Below, piece by piece: positions 28,592 through 38,049 of a stretch of DNA of 38,049 nucleotides (position 1 is the first letter of the stretch; each line of letters opens with the position of its first letter). This stretch comes from a virus. A model generated the notes under the pieces. That model saw nothing but the letters and a program-made list of their open reading frames with translations. It made no database searches and had not been told where the DNA came from. Location of the stretch: IMG/VR virus record IMGVR_UViG_3300020201_000010, one strand, 5' to 3'. The translations under genes were made by a program, and so were the position numbers.

Positions 28592-31500
28592 ATGGCAAAC
28601 TTAAGAGTTACACGTTTTAGAGTTGTAGATAGTAGAAATTTAAGAGCTGAGTTTACTGAGCCTCTAAGCGGTCTAATTGGCACTCAGAATATTACTGTCA
28701 TATCTCAAATTAACGGAGTTCCTGATGCAAAAGTGCTTGATGTAACCGTTTCAAATAATTTATTATATATTGTAACAAGACCGTTAGTTCCCCATGCATC
28801 ATATCTTGTTACATTTAAATCTACAAATGCAATTAGATTTAAATCTAAAAACGGAACAGCATTTTTATTTGAAGATGGTAAAACAAATGTTTTATTAGCT
28901 CTTGGTCCAGAATCAGCTACCAATGAAGTTAAACCATTGTTATATAAATATATTTCTGAAAATATTTATGATGTTAACGAAGGTAGTTTAGTTGATGATG
29001 CTTTAAATGTTCAAGCAAATGTAATTGCTCAAGGATTACATGATATTGGTCAAGCTAAAAATGATAATTATTTAGAAATTACTGTAACTGATGAAAGAAA
29101 AATTCGTGGAAGCGGCCCATTTGATCGTTTAAATGAAGAGGGGGCATTTGAAGTTTTACGTGTTGGAAAAAAAGCAACAGGCTCAACAACATCATTATCA
29201 TTTTCTTACGAATCTTTTCCAGCAGATTTGGTCAGCGTATTAAGCACTAATATTGCTAATGAGAGTCTTGTTATTGGTACTGGCGCTGGAACATTTAATA
29301 ATTTAGTTTTAACTGTTAATAATTATCCTGCGACATTATTAAGTTCAGTTGTTTTTCAATATCAGGATGGTTCTTCATATGAATATGATATTGCACGATT
29401 TGGATATCAAATAAATGACCCAAAGTATGATCGTTCACATGCATCAACATATGTTTTATTAAATGATAATCAATTTAAATTAAATGATATTATTTTAAGT
29501 GAAATAGGTTTTCAGCCTCCAGGATCCGGAGATATAGTTGTTGTTTCTTATCAATACAAAGATCTTGGAAGATTTGTAACTGAAAGCTCTATAACATTGT
29601 CTGAAGTTCTCAACATTACTCGTGAAGTTGTTCCAGCATTATTAACATCATTTAATTTACAACATGCCCCAGTTGTTACTATAAATGATAATATACCAAC
29701 ATCTAATGGAGTAACTTTTCTTGACCCATATTCTTATCCACCATGTTCGGCGCCTCACCGTGCTTTTATAAAAGAAATACCTTATCGTTTAGAAAGCTTA
29801 CCAAAAGGTGTTGGTGAATATACTGTTAATTATAATACTGGGCAAGTTTTTGTTTATGGCGCAGAAAAAGCTGATGGGACTGGTAACTTTCCACCAACAG
29901 CTTCTTACAATTACAGAAAAACATATGTTGAAGGGTTAGATTATAATTATGATTTTGAAACAAACGATTTAGTTGCTAACCCTTTAAGAGAGTTGATCGG
30001 ACAAAGTATAGTTTTGAAATTCGCTATGGAACTAGTTTTAAATCCTAATACGGATTATATAGCAAATACACATATTGAAAATTTGGAAGAACGTATTGAT
30101 AATCGTTTACTAAGTTTAAACAGTTTACAAGTTTTGAATACACCAATTACCAATGTTTTTAGACTGTACAATGAGACAACTGGAGAAATTTATACGATAA
30201 ATCGTTTCACAAGTAATAGTGTTATTTTTTCTTCTAGAATTCCTCCAAGAATACCTGGTGTAATCGGAGAAATTGCTACATTTGAAAATGTATTATCTGA
30301 AACATTAATTGTAAATAGCGAATTTGATAATACATCTTCCGTTAGAATTTTTGAAATATTATTAAACAATAATAATATTATATCAGCAACTGATAATTCT
30401 ATCGGTTCGTCTTTTAATTCATCTGTAACATTTAGTAGGACAGATATTTTTCAAAAAGAAGTCTATCTTGATACTCAAACTCCTGATAATCTTGATAATT
30501 ATAACAGGTTGAGTGTTGGACAGTACCAGGTTAATTATAGTAACGGAATTGTTTATATAGCAGTTTCGTCGATCCAGGATTTAGATATTGGTTCGGTTAA
30601 TTATAAACGACCAAAAATTAAAACAGCAAATGATCATATTTTATCTGTATCAGATCTTTATTTTAGCATATCTCCAATTAAAGGTGTAAATAAAAGAATT
30701 GATTATATAAATTTTGATGATACTGGTTTATATCCAACAACATTTGAAAGAAGCGATGAAAGATTCTTGAGTAATGATGAAACTCTTCCTTACTTAGTAG
30801 AGTCTGGAACAATATTGGTCACAAATGATATTAAAAATGTTAATCATATCTTTGACCTTTATGATTTAAGCAATAATATTAATAATACTGACTTTTCTTT
30901 TGGCAGCACATTTACAAACAATATTATTACGCTTAATTTATATGGTATACAGAAAAAAGAAGTTAAAACTATCGAACCAGGACTGATAGTTAATGCTTCA
31001 TTTATATCTCCAGGCGCAGAGATTATAAGGGTAAGTTCAGTTATCAGAATTGCTGATGGTATAGAGCTATGGAATAGCTCAGGTGTTTTTCTAGATTACG
31101 CAATCACTTTACCAGGGATAGGTTCTCCAGTCGCAGGAGAAGATGTTTTAATTATTTATAACGTACAACTAAATGTTGGGTCGACACCTATAGTTGATTA
31201 TAATTTAGGCGAATTACTAGTTGATTATAACTATCTTGCTGATGAAATTATTGTTAGTTATGAGTATGGTGATAACGTAATTAATTTTACAGAATCAGAT
31301 TCTATTAATGAAGGTGAAGAATATTATGTTACTTATAAGGCAGGAGCTTTAAGAGACTCCCTATTAAGTAATTTTGGAACATTAGTTGATTTACCAATAA
31401 TGAATACATTTGACGTTTCTTTAAATAGAGAGATATACCGCGACGCATTACAAGGGGCATTACAATCATTTACAAAAGGCCCAACTATACCTGCAATGAA

Positions 31501-34500
31501 ATTATTAGTATCCTCTATAACAAAAATTGACCCAGAACTCATTGAAGGCGTTTTTATATTTTGGTCTTTAGGTATTTCAATTTTAAATCCAAATCAACCT
31601 AAAGTTTATGGTGATTTACAACAATTACCTGGTAAGTTTGATAGCGGAATATTGTTTAAAAATTCAGATGATGTGGTTACCATACCGGTGTCATCTAATT
31701 TAAGATTGGAAGATGGATCATTAGCTTTCTGGATTATCCCTGAATGGGATGGTTTAGATAATGATGCAACTTTAGAGTTTTCATCTGTAATAAAAGATGG
31801 TTATGTTCTTTCTGCAAATAATATTTACATTGGTGCCAGTAGTTATAATCCAACGTTTGATATATATGGTAATTTCTCTGTTCACAGAGATGATGCCAAT
31901 AGCCCATTGGGTTTACCATCAGCTGTCTTTACCCAGACTGGTTTATTTATTTATTACGATGATATTGAAAAGAAATGGAATGTTCTAGCAAAAGATGTGT
32001 CTGATAGTGTTGTTAAAAAATATTCAGGTAAAATTGTTTCATCTGGTGAGGTTTATAATGTCAAATTTATTCCTGGCCTTGGTGATATTTCTGATGTTTT
32101 AAGATCAATTACTAACGAAATTGAATTTACTTTTAATATTGATTCAAATGATTTATCATCACCTGATGGATATAATTCTAGTGACGGGTATGTGCCAGGA
32201 TATTCTTTTGATGGCATAACATTCATGGCTGATAATAATCATTACTTTTTAGACTTCGGAGTTAATGAATCAAAAAGTAGATTTTCTATGTACAAAGATG
32301 GGAGTGGTTATTTAAACTTTCAGGTTTGGGATAAAGGTACAAATATTGGTAAAGGAACTTATAAAGTAAGCGCTGATATTTCATCTTGGAAATCCGGTGA
32401 AAAACATTTTATAGGAGCATCATGGAGATTATCTTCACATGACCAAAAAGATGAGATGCATTTATTTATTGATGGTTTTGAGGTGGCAAATATTCTTAAA
32501 TATGGTGGTCGTCCAATAGCTACCAACACTGACAGGTTCAGAACAGTTAAGCCAGAATTAGTTGCAGGAACTATAAGTAAAAAAATTATAAATGGTCAAA
32601 CACTGTTTACCCAGATTGGATCTGATTTGGTTTATTCTGAAGATGTTGATTTTCAAGCAGAAGGTATTGTTCCAGGTGATACAATTGATATTTTAGAAAC
32701 CGGATTTGGTAGTTTTAATATCTTATCTGTTAGCGGAGGCTATCTAACATTAGATGATACTATGTCGGCAACATATCCAAATGCAACATTTTCAGTTAAT
32801 AAATTTTCAGCCGTCGTTGAAACGCAAATTGATTTATACAGCAATATAGCAGTTTATGTTTTGCATACTGATGGTACCGAAACGGAGCTAGCAGGATTAC
32901 GAGCAGAGCTTCCTGATTATCAAATAGATAAAAACTTATTTAACCAAAATGTATTAACAATTTTGGGCGACGCTGATGTCGGTGATAAAATATTAATAAG
33001 AACACTTGGTTTAAACTTTAGAAGAGCTAAAGATACATTTTATATATGGAGCCCAACAAGTTTGATGAAAACTCAAATGCCACCACCAATTAACTTAAAT
33101 GAAGTAAGCATAAAGCCAATCATGTCTGTACTTACTTCTATTGGTCCAGATAATTCTACATTATCTTTGGGTGTATTTTATTCCGATCCTATTTTACCAT
33201 CAGGCCAACCATCAAATGCTACAGAAGGCAGAACATTATCAATACGAATAACAGGAGATAATACTAATTTTACAACACCTGTTAATGTTATTGTTAATGG
33301 AACAGCTTTTTCCGGAGCAACAACAGAAATTATAAGCTTTACATCAGCAACTACAATGCTGACAACAGAAAAATGGGAAACAATATCTGATTTTGAGGTC
33401 GAGGTAAAACCTTATGATACAGCTCAACCAGCAACAGCCTTTGAGGTTAAAGAGGCTTATTCAGTTACTGAAGCAAATGGTAATAATATTTTTGCAATAC
33501 TAAGATTTAGCATACCTGTGCAACAAGGCATAACACTCACAGGTGGTAATAATCAAACGAGCATATTTAATTCTGCCGGCGGAGGTTTCCCCTATAGTAC
33601 AGATTTAATTAATAAAAAATTAATTATATCATCTCCGTTAGCATCTAAAGGAGTTTACTCAATTCTTGGTGCGTCAAGTACAGAGTTAATTGTCGACCCA
33701 CCTGTCCCAGGATCAGCATTCACTTCCGGTATTTTTGGTATCTATGATACTCCAATTGGCCGTTCAGGATTTTCAAATGGTTTCTTTTATCTAGAAACTG
33801 TTGGATTAGAAGGTGTGCCATATGAATTAAATAAAGGTTATTATGATATTGACTACTCTACCGATTTAGTCGTTAAATTTGACCATCTTGATAATATCAA
33901 TCTGTATATCGGTTCAGATTTAAATGGAACACATCAGGCTAATGCTATTTTAGACGAATTAAGAATTAGTTCTCAAGGTGAAACTGATACCCGTGTTGGC
34001 GAAGTGATAAGTGTGAAAGAAACTTCGTTTACTAAAGAGTATTTTGCATTAAGATCTTTTGTTCCAACAAGATCAACATTATTATATTTAAATTTTGAAA
34101 AACCAATAAAAAACTTAGCTTCTACATATCTTTCTTTCTCAAAAGATTTTATTCAATCTTCACAAAGTGTTAATGGTGAGTTTAACCAATCAACAGTCAT
34201 TACTAAAAAACCGTTTACGTTTGATAATGCTGGTTTATTTAATACAAAAGCTCAGGGCACCATCGAGTTCTGGATAAGTCCACGTTTTGATACCTTTAAT
34301 GACCCAAATGAAAGATACTATTTTGATGCCTCATCATATGTAATAGAAAATATTACGAGTATAACAAATAGTGTTATTAAATTAAACCAATCAACTAAAA
34401 CTATTTATAGTATTCGTTTAGCATCTGATACTGATGAAAAAGGAATCAATTATTTTATCGGCGGGTCAATAGCACCAGATTTTAAAACAGTTAATTTAGG

Positions 34501-35266
34501 AACATCATTACCATCTCAAAAAACAAAAGTTATTGTTTCATATGTACCAACTAGTCTATCAGGTAATAGAATATCTATCTATAAAAGTAGAGGAGGATAT
34601 TTGGTATTTAAAGTAACCGCTGATGATGGTCAAGAATATGAGGTCGCTCAACCAATCTTTTGGCAAAGAGATACTTGGCACAAAATTAGAGCTTGTTATA
34701 AATTTAACTCTACTAACAATAATGATGAATTAAAATTATTTATTGATGGAAAATTAACCACTGTCATCCTGTTTGGTCAAGGATTGTTGTTTGGGTCCGG
34801 CTTTACATTTGGTCAAACATCATTAAATAATATCACTGGTTATTTAAAAGCTGATATTAATTTTACAGATCCAATAAATCAATTCTTTGTTGGATCTAAT
34901 TATCTTAGTGCAAAATCTGCTCAAGCAAGAATAGATAATTTAAAGTTAAGTAATATTATACAACCAATCGTAACTATTGGCGGAAAAGATATTGACCCAA
35001 GTTATATTGCTAACCTAGAACAGGTTTGCCCAGCTGTCCCAGATGCATTTACTACTTTTTTAATGGATTTTGATACTTTAGTTAAAAAAGCAGATTCGTA
35101 CGCTATATTAGTAGATGAGAAATATGGTATTTTTAATTTTACTTTAAATATCATTGATTCTTTTCGCATAATATTGAACGATCAAAAAGCTAAGCAGATT
35201 TTAGAAGAATTAATTAAGGCACTCAAACCTGCCCAAAGTAGAGTTAAATTAAATTATATTTATTAA
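28592..35266 (+). CDS. Giant baseplate wedge/outer protein (gpI/gp7-like) with two LamG/ConA-like domains (2224 aa)
   Basis: YR..L.......KGPT...M..L (gpI-like) and terminal LI..LKPAQS; LamG motifs GSLAFWI.P / W..GEKHFI..SW / LFIDG / LDELRIS and GTIEFWISP / WHKI / LFIDG / IDNLKLSN. Confidence 0.7.
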   Translation: MANLRVTRFRVVDSRNLRAEFTEPLSGLIGTQNITVISQINGVPDAKVLDVTVSNNLLYIVTRPLVPHASYLVTFKSTNAIRFKSKNGTAFLFEDGKTNVLLALGPESATNEVKPLLYKYISENIYDVNEGSLVDDALNVQANVIAQGLHDIGQAKNDNYLEITVTDERKIRGSGPFDRLNEEGAFEVLRVGKKATGSTTSLSFSYESFPADLVSVLSTNIANESLVIGTGAGTFNNLVLTVNNYPATLLSSVVFQYQDGSSYEYDIARFGYQINDPKYDRSHASTYVLLNDNQFKLNDIILSEIGFQPPGSGDIVVVSYQYKDLGRFVTESSITLSEVLNITREVVPALLTSFNLQHAPVVTINDNIPTSNGVTFLDPYSYPPCSAPHRAFIKEIPYRLESLPKGVGEYTVNYNTGQVFVYGAEKADGTGNFPPTASYNYRKTYVEGLDYNYDFETNDLVANPLRELIGQSIVLKFAMELVLNPNTDYIANTHIENLEERIDNRLLSLNSLQVLNTPITNVFRLYNETTGEIYTINRFTSNSVIFSSRIPPRIPGVIGEIATFENVLSETLIVNSEFDNTSSVRIFEILLNNNNIISATDNSIGSSFNSSVTFSRTDIFQKEVYLDTQTPDNLDNYNRLSVGQYQVNYSNGIVYIAVSSIQDLDIGSVNYKRPKIKTANDHILSVSDLYFSISPIKGVNKRIDYINFDDTGLYPTTFERSDERFLSNDETLPYLVESGTILVTNDIKNVNHIFDLYDLSNNINNTDFSFGSTFTNNIITLNLYGIQKKEVKTIEPGLIVNASFISPGAEIIRVSSVIRIADGIELWNSSGVFLDYAITLPGIGSPVAGEDVLIIYNVQLNVGSTPIVDYNLGELLVDYNYLADEIIVSYEYGDNVINFTESDSINEGEEYYVTYKAGALRDSLLSNFGTLVDLPIMNTFDVSLNREIYRDALQGALQSFTKGPTIPAMKLLVSSITKIDPELIEGVFIFWSLGISILNPNQPKVYGDLQQLPGKFDSGILFKNSDDVVTIPVSSNLRLEDGSLAFWIIPEWDGLDNDATLEFSSVIKDGYVLSANNIYIGASSYNPTFDIYGNFSVHRDDANSPLGLPSAVFTQTGLFIYYDDIEKKWNVLAKDVSDSVVKKYSGKIVSSGEVYNVKFIPGLGDISDVLRSITNEIEFTFNIDSNDLSSPDGYNSSDGYVPGYSFDGITFMADNNHYFLDFGVNESKSRFSMYKDGSGYLNFQVWDKGTNIGKGTYKVSADISSWKSGEKHFIGASWRLSSHDQKDEMHLFIDGFEVANILKYGGRPIATNTDRFRTVKPELVAGTISKKIINGQTLFTQIGSDLVYSEDVDFQAEGIVPGDTIDILETGFGSFNILSVSGGYLTLDDTMSATYPNATFSVNKFSAVVETQIDLYSNIAVYVLHTDGTETELAGLRAELPDYQIDKNLFNQNVLTILGDADVGDKILIRTLGLNFRRAKDTFYIWSPTSLMKTQMPPPINLNEVSIKPIMSVLTSIGPDNSTLSLGVFYSDPILPSGQPSNATEGRTLSIRITGDNTNFTTPVNVIVNGTAFSGATTEIISFTSATTMLTTEKWETISDFEVEVKPYDTAQPATAFEVKEAYSVTEANGNNIFAILRFSIPVQQGITLTGGNNQTSIFNSAGGGFPYSTDLINKKLIISSPLASKGVYSILGASSTELIVDPPVPGSAFTSGIFGIYDTPIGRSGFSNGFFYLETVGLEGVPYELNKGYYDIDYSTDLVVKFDHLDNINLYIGSDLNGTHQANAILDELRISSQGETDTRVGEVISVKETSFTKEYFALRSFVPTRSTLLYLNFEKPIKNLASTYLSFSKDFIQSSQSVNGEFNQSTVITKKPFTFDNAGLFNTKAQGTIEFWISPRFDTFNDPNERYYFDASSYVIENITSITNSVIKLNQSTKTIYSIRLASDTDEKGINYFIGGSIAPDFKTVNLGTSLPSQKTKVIVSYVPTSLSGNRISIYKSRGGYLVFKVTADDGQEYEVAQPIFWQRDTWHKIRACYKFNSTNNNDELKLFIDGKLTTVILFGQGLLFGSGFTFGQTSLNNITGYLKADINFTDPINQFFVGSNYLSAKSAQARIDNLKLSNIIQPIVTIGGKDIDPSYIANLEQVCPAVPDAFTTFLMDFDTLVKKADSYAILVDEKYGIFNFTLNIIDSFRIILNDQKAKQILEELIKALKPAQSRVKLNYIY

Positions 35267-35277
35267 AAGAGAGAATA

Positions 35278-38049
35278 ATGACTACACCCAAATTACCTGT
35301 ATCAACTTTACAAAACTTGTTTCATGATTCTCAAAATATTGATAAATCAGATATGGATCTTGAACAAGCTCATAATATACAAACTTCTGCGGCTATTGTT
35401 GGTAACTTCTTTGGCTCAGGCGTATTGGCAGATAGCTTAATTCCTAATATAATTTTTAATTCTGATGAGCTTACACCTGTCCAAGCAGGCCTTGTTTCTG
35501 CAAATAATTTTGACGGAACAGGTCTCTCCGTAGCTAAACAACCCACTGATATTAATCTTGGTAATCAGCTGGAAGTAATATTGACAGGATCAGAAGTGTT
35601 CGGTAGATTAAGTACTAAGGTTTGTATTATTGGATTGTCTTTTAATGATGATCTCATTATGGATAGAATGTATTTTTATCGTAATGGAACCAAAACTACA
35701 TCTCAGCATTATAAAAGAGTACTGACAATTCTTTTTAATGATTTTAAAGGTAATAATTACTGCTCAGCTAATCATGGCGGAACAATAATTATTCAAGAAG
35801 CAAAACCATTTCAACTTTCTAAACGCCCAATAACTTCCAGTCAAGATGAACAACCAAATATATTCTTTCGTGATTTTAAAGTGGCAGACCCTTCTAAAGC
35901 ACTATATGTTACGATTCAGGATGGTATAGGTCCTCAATATAATGCTGATAGTTTAAAGATTAATATTACTGGTCAACCATCCAGAACATTAGAGTCAGGC
36001 GATACCTTATCAAGATTAGGTGAAAAGTTTTTATCACACTCAGATAATATTCAAAAAGTAACTATACTCTTAGGTGTACAACCTAATGATAGTGCAAGTT
36101 TAACTGACCGCTTTAACTGGTCAGGTGATATAATTTTTAGCATTCATAAATTACAAACAACAGTCAATTGTGTGAATGATATCATTCCAGGTCTAGCAAT
36201 TGAATTTGAACCTAACCCAATTGCACTTGTTGAGTTAAGTTTCAGCCAAGCTGAATTATTATCAGCTGGTTATCTATTAACCGATGTAGCTCAACCTGTT
36301 GATTTTGTTGTCAACGGATCTAGCGTCTCAGTGCCAGGAGGTATTAATAAAGACCAGTATTATGCATTTACTATTCGCAGATCCGGATCTGCTGGTAATG
36401 GAACTATTTTTGCTGAAGTTGGAACGGACAGAACTGAGGATGCAAGATTAACTTTATTTAGTAGTGGGACATGGGCAGATGTAGTTGAGGAGGACCTATG
36501 GTACCAAATTTGGTCAGATTCCGTTCAAATTGCTTCTGGTCAAGGCTATGATGCCGGTAACGGGATAGCTTTTACTAAAACAAAAACAGATCCTATAACT
36601 GGTTCCGAAATTGATAACCAAGAAAAATATTTTCCATTTGTTACAACGGGCTATAGCAGTTTGAATACAGGCGTCTTAAAAGCTGTTAAGTTTGCAAGTA
36701 TTGAGGAGCAAGATCAGAAAACTGGCAACCAAGTATATTCACGTCAACAATTTGTTCCAGAATTCAGCTTTGTTGGTGCCGCAGATCTTTCAACTCTGAA
36801 AGAAACATCTGACCCTTTAATTGTTGGTTGTATAGAAGATAATAATCCTAAAGATAATAGCACAATTATTGCGACACAAAATTTCCCTGGCTCAGCTAAA
36901 GGTGATAAGTTTACTATAATAGATCCTAGCCCTGACTTATTATCACAACAATTGCTTGGAAGTAAGTTGTTGCCGGATTATAATTTTTCAAACGTTGGTT
37001 ATTTGGTTGCTAAAGTTGATGTATGCATTGATGGATACGGAGATGTTAATGGCGATGGTCTTATAACAAATGAAGATTTACTATTGCTTTCAGATTTAAT
37101 TGGAGAATCAATTCATTATCCATCCACACAACAAAAGCTGGTTGATGGGTATTTCACATTGTTAAATCTTTTAAGAGCCGATGTTAATGGTGATGGTTAT
37201 GTATCTGCGCAAGATTACGATCTTCTACAACAATTTTTAAATAAAGAAATTAATGCATTTCCAGTTGGCACAAGTTTTACTCATATAGATTTAACTGTTC
37301 AGAATATGGTTGGGCGATATGACGGTTACTATAGTTGTGATGGATATATTGATCTTGACGGTTATGTTTTAAATCCAGAGGAAATAGATCCTACTGATGC
37401 TTTATATTACGGAAATTATTTACCTTCAATAATTGACTCTGATGCTTACTATAGAGCCGTACCATTTGTCGCGTTAGAATATCGAGTAGTTCCTCAGGAT
37501 TTCTGGCAGGAGTATTTATTATCTGGCAGCTCTAATGCTAGAACTGTTCCATCTTCTTATGTTAAAGATACGACTGGTTTGCTTAGCTGTTCTGTGGCAA
37601 GTCCATTTACATGTGAAGACTCATTAGAGAGAGATCCTGTAGCTTGTGATCCTGGCCAGAACATATTTTTCTTTCCATCTGATATCGTAATTGCTCCTGG
37701 TGGACAGATTAAAACGCCTACTGGAGATTTTTACAAGAATGATTTAGAGATAGCTACATTTATTTTACAAATGCCTGAGACACCATTGAGTGAAGTGTCA
37801 TTAAATATATTTGACAAGCTCTTACGTGACCAGGGTAACGGACTAACCAGTGCTGGTTTTGCCTGCGCTCGATATGCCGATTGTTCTACTGTGCAAGCTG
37901 AGGATTTGGCATTAAATAGAATACGTTTTGATGTAGCAATTCAGTCCTTTAATAAAAACTTAGATGGGTATGATGAAATCGAAGGCTATGGAATAGTTGT
38001 AGATGATACGATTGGCGTTTATTTAGATCATGGTACTGGCATACTTAAA
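35278..38049 (+). CDS. Baseplate-attached fibre / receptor-binding-like protein with dockerin-like domain (3'-truncated, at least 924 aa; absent from the ORF track)
   Basis: ATG 35278, open to window end (MTTPKLPVSTLQNLFHDSQNIDKSDMDLEQ...FFGSGV). The N-terminus resembles the F..GQ.L...D...EQ...G.GV baseplate-attachment motif. Contains GDVNGDGLITNEDL...ADVNGDGYVSAQDY. Confidence 0.75.
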   Translation, partial: MTTPKLPVSTLQNLFHDSQNIDKSDMDLEQAHNIQTSAAIVGNFFGSGVLADSLIPNIIFNSDELTPVQAGLVSANNFDGTGLSVAKQPTDINLGNQLEVILTGSEVFGRLSTKVCIIGLSFNDDLIMDRMYFYRNGTKTTSQHYKRVLTILFNDFKGNNYCSANHGGTIIIQEAKPFQLSKRPITSSQDEQPNIFFRDFKVADPSKALYVTIQDGIGPQYNADSLKINITGQPSRTLESGDTLSRLGEKFLSHSDNIQKVTILLGVQPNDSASLTDRFNWSGDIIFSIHKLQTTVNCVNDIIPGLAIEFEPNPIALVELSFSQAELLSAGYLLTDVAQPVDFVVNGSSVSVPGGINKDQYYAFTIRRSGSAGNGTIFAEVGTDRTEDARLTLFSSGTWADVVEEDLWYQIWSDSVQIASGQGYDAGNGIAFTKTKTDPITGSEIDNQEKYFPFVTTGYSSLNTGVLKAVKFASIEEQDQKTGNQVYSRQQFVPEFSFVGAADLSTLKETSDPLIVGCIEDNNPKDNSTIIATQNFPGSAKGDKFTIIDPSPDLLSQQLLGSKLLPDYNFSNVGYLVAKVDVCIDGYGDVNGDGLITNEDLLLLSDLIGESIHYPSTQQKLVDGYFTLLNLLRADVNGDGYVSAQDYDLLQQFLNKEINAFPVGTSFTHIDLTVQNMVGRYDGYYSCDGYIDLDGYVLNPEEIDPTDALYYGNYLPSIIDSDAYYRAVPFVALEYRVVPQDFWQEYLLSGSSNARTVPSSYVKDTTGLLSCSVASPFTCEDSLERDPVACDPGQNIFFFPSDIVIAPGGQIKTPTGDFYKNDLEIATFILQMPETPLSEVSLNIFDKLLRDQGNGLTSAGFACARYADCSTVQAEDLALNRIRFDVAIQSFNKNLDGYDEIEGYGIVVDDTIGVYLDHGTGILK

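Larger units (their letters stand above)
1..38049 (+). mobile_element. Tail/baseplate morphogenesis module of a large contractile-tailed phage (myovirus morphotype, likely jumbo phage)
   Basis: Colinear sheath, tube, chaperone (frameshift), tape measure, hub, spike, gp25, gpJ, gpI-like and fibre genes; very large structural proteins; several free-standing HNH genes; no cellular housekeeping genes. Confidence 0.9.

Noticed and set aside
1196-31988. Short alternative-frame and antisense ORFs in the track (e.g. 1212..1541, 6974..7261, 12488..12727, 23803..24297, 31333..31542)
   Set aside because: They lie inside long, well-supported genes and show no RBS or recognisable motif; these are shadow ORFs.
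1219-38049. Bacterial extracellular contractile injection system or tailocin rather than phage
   Set aside because: No Afp15-like ATPase, Afp16-like cap or flanking host genes; a G/GT frameshift, many homing endonucleases and small early-type ORFs are typical of a phage genome. The head module is not in the window, so this is not formally excluded.
1-38049. Alternative genetic code (TAG/TGA recoding)
   Set aside because: Very long ORFs and tight gene packing are obtained with code 11; TAG (28589) and TGA (5893) act as stops directly before or overlapping the next start.
1-38049. CRISPR arrays, tRNA/rRNA genes, inteins, DGR repeats
   Set aside because: No repeat-spacer pattern; intergenic gaps are short and AT-rich with no cloverleaf; no intein splice-junction or LAGLIDADG motifs and no long near-duplicate segment seen by eye.

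Overview
AT-rich window holding the contractile-tail morphogenesis module of a large myovirus-like (probably jumbo) phage. The module reads on the + strand in the standard code: sheath, tube, tail assembly chaperone with a -1 programmed frameshift, tape measure, tube initiator, baseplate hub, spike, a very hydrophobic spike-adjacent protein, an unknown helical protein, gp25-like, gpJ/gp6-like, a 2224-aa gpI/gp7-like wedge with LamG domains, and a 3'-truncated fibre-like protein containing a dockerin-like domain. Four paralogous free-standing HNH(N) endonuclease genes interrupt the module. Between sheath and tube sits an antisense cassette of five small ORFs behind a sigma70-type promoter, and all five end in the same C-terminal motif, [LM]-I-x-x-I-I-x-stop. 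The most notable unexplained signals are this shared C-terminal tag, a strong enrichment of the tripeptide DGY in four virion proteins, the dockerin-like module, and a complete three-part frameshift signal. All calls come from motifs and synteny read by eye; no database search was run.
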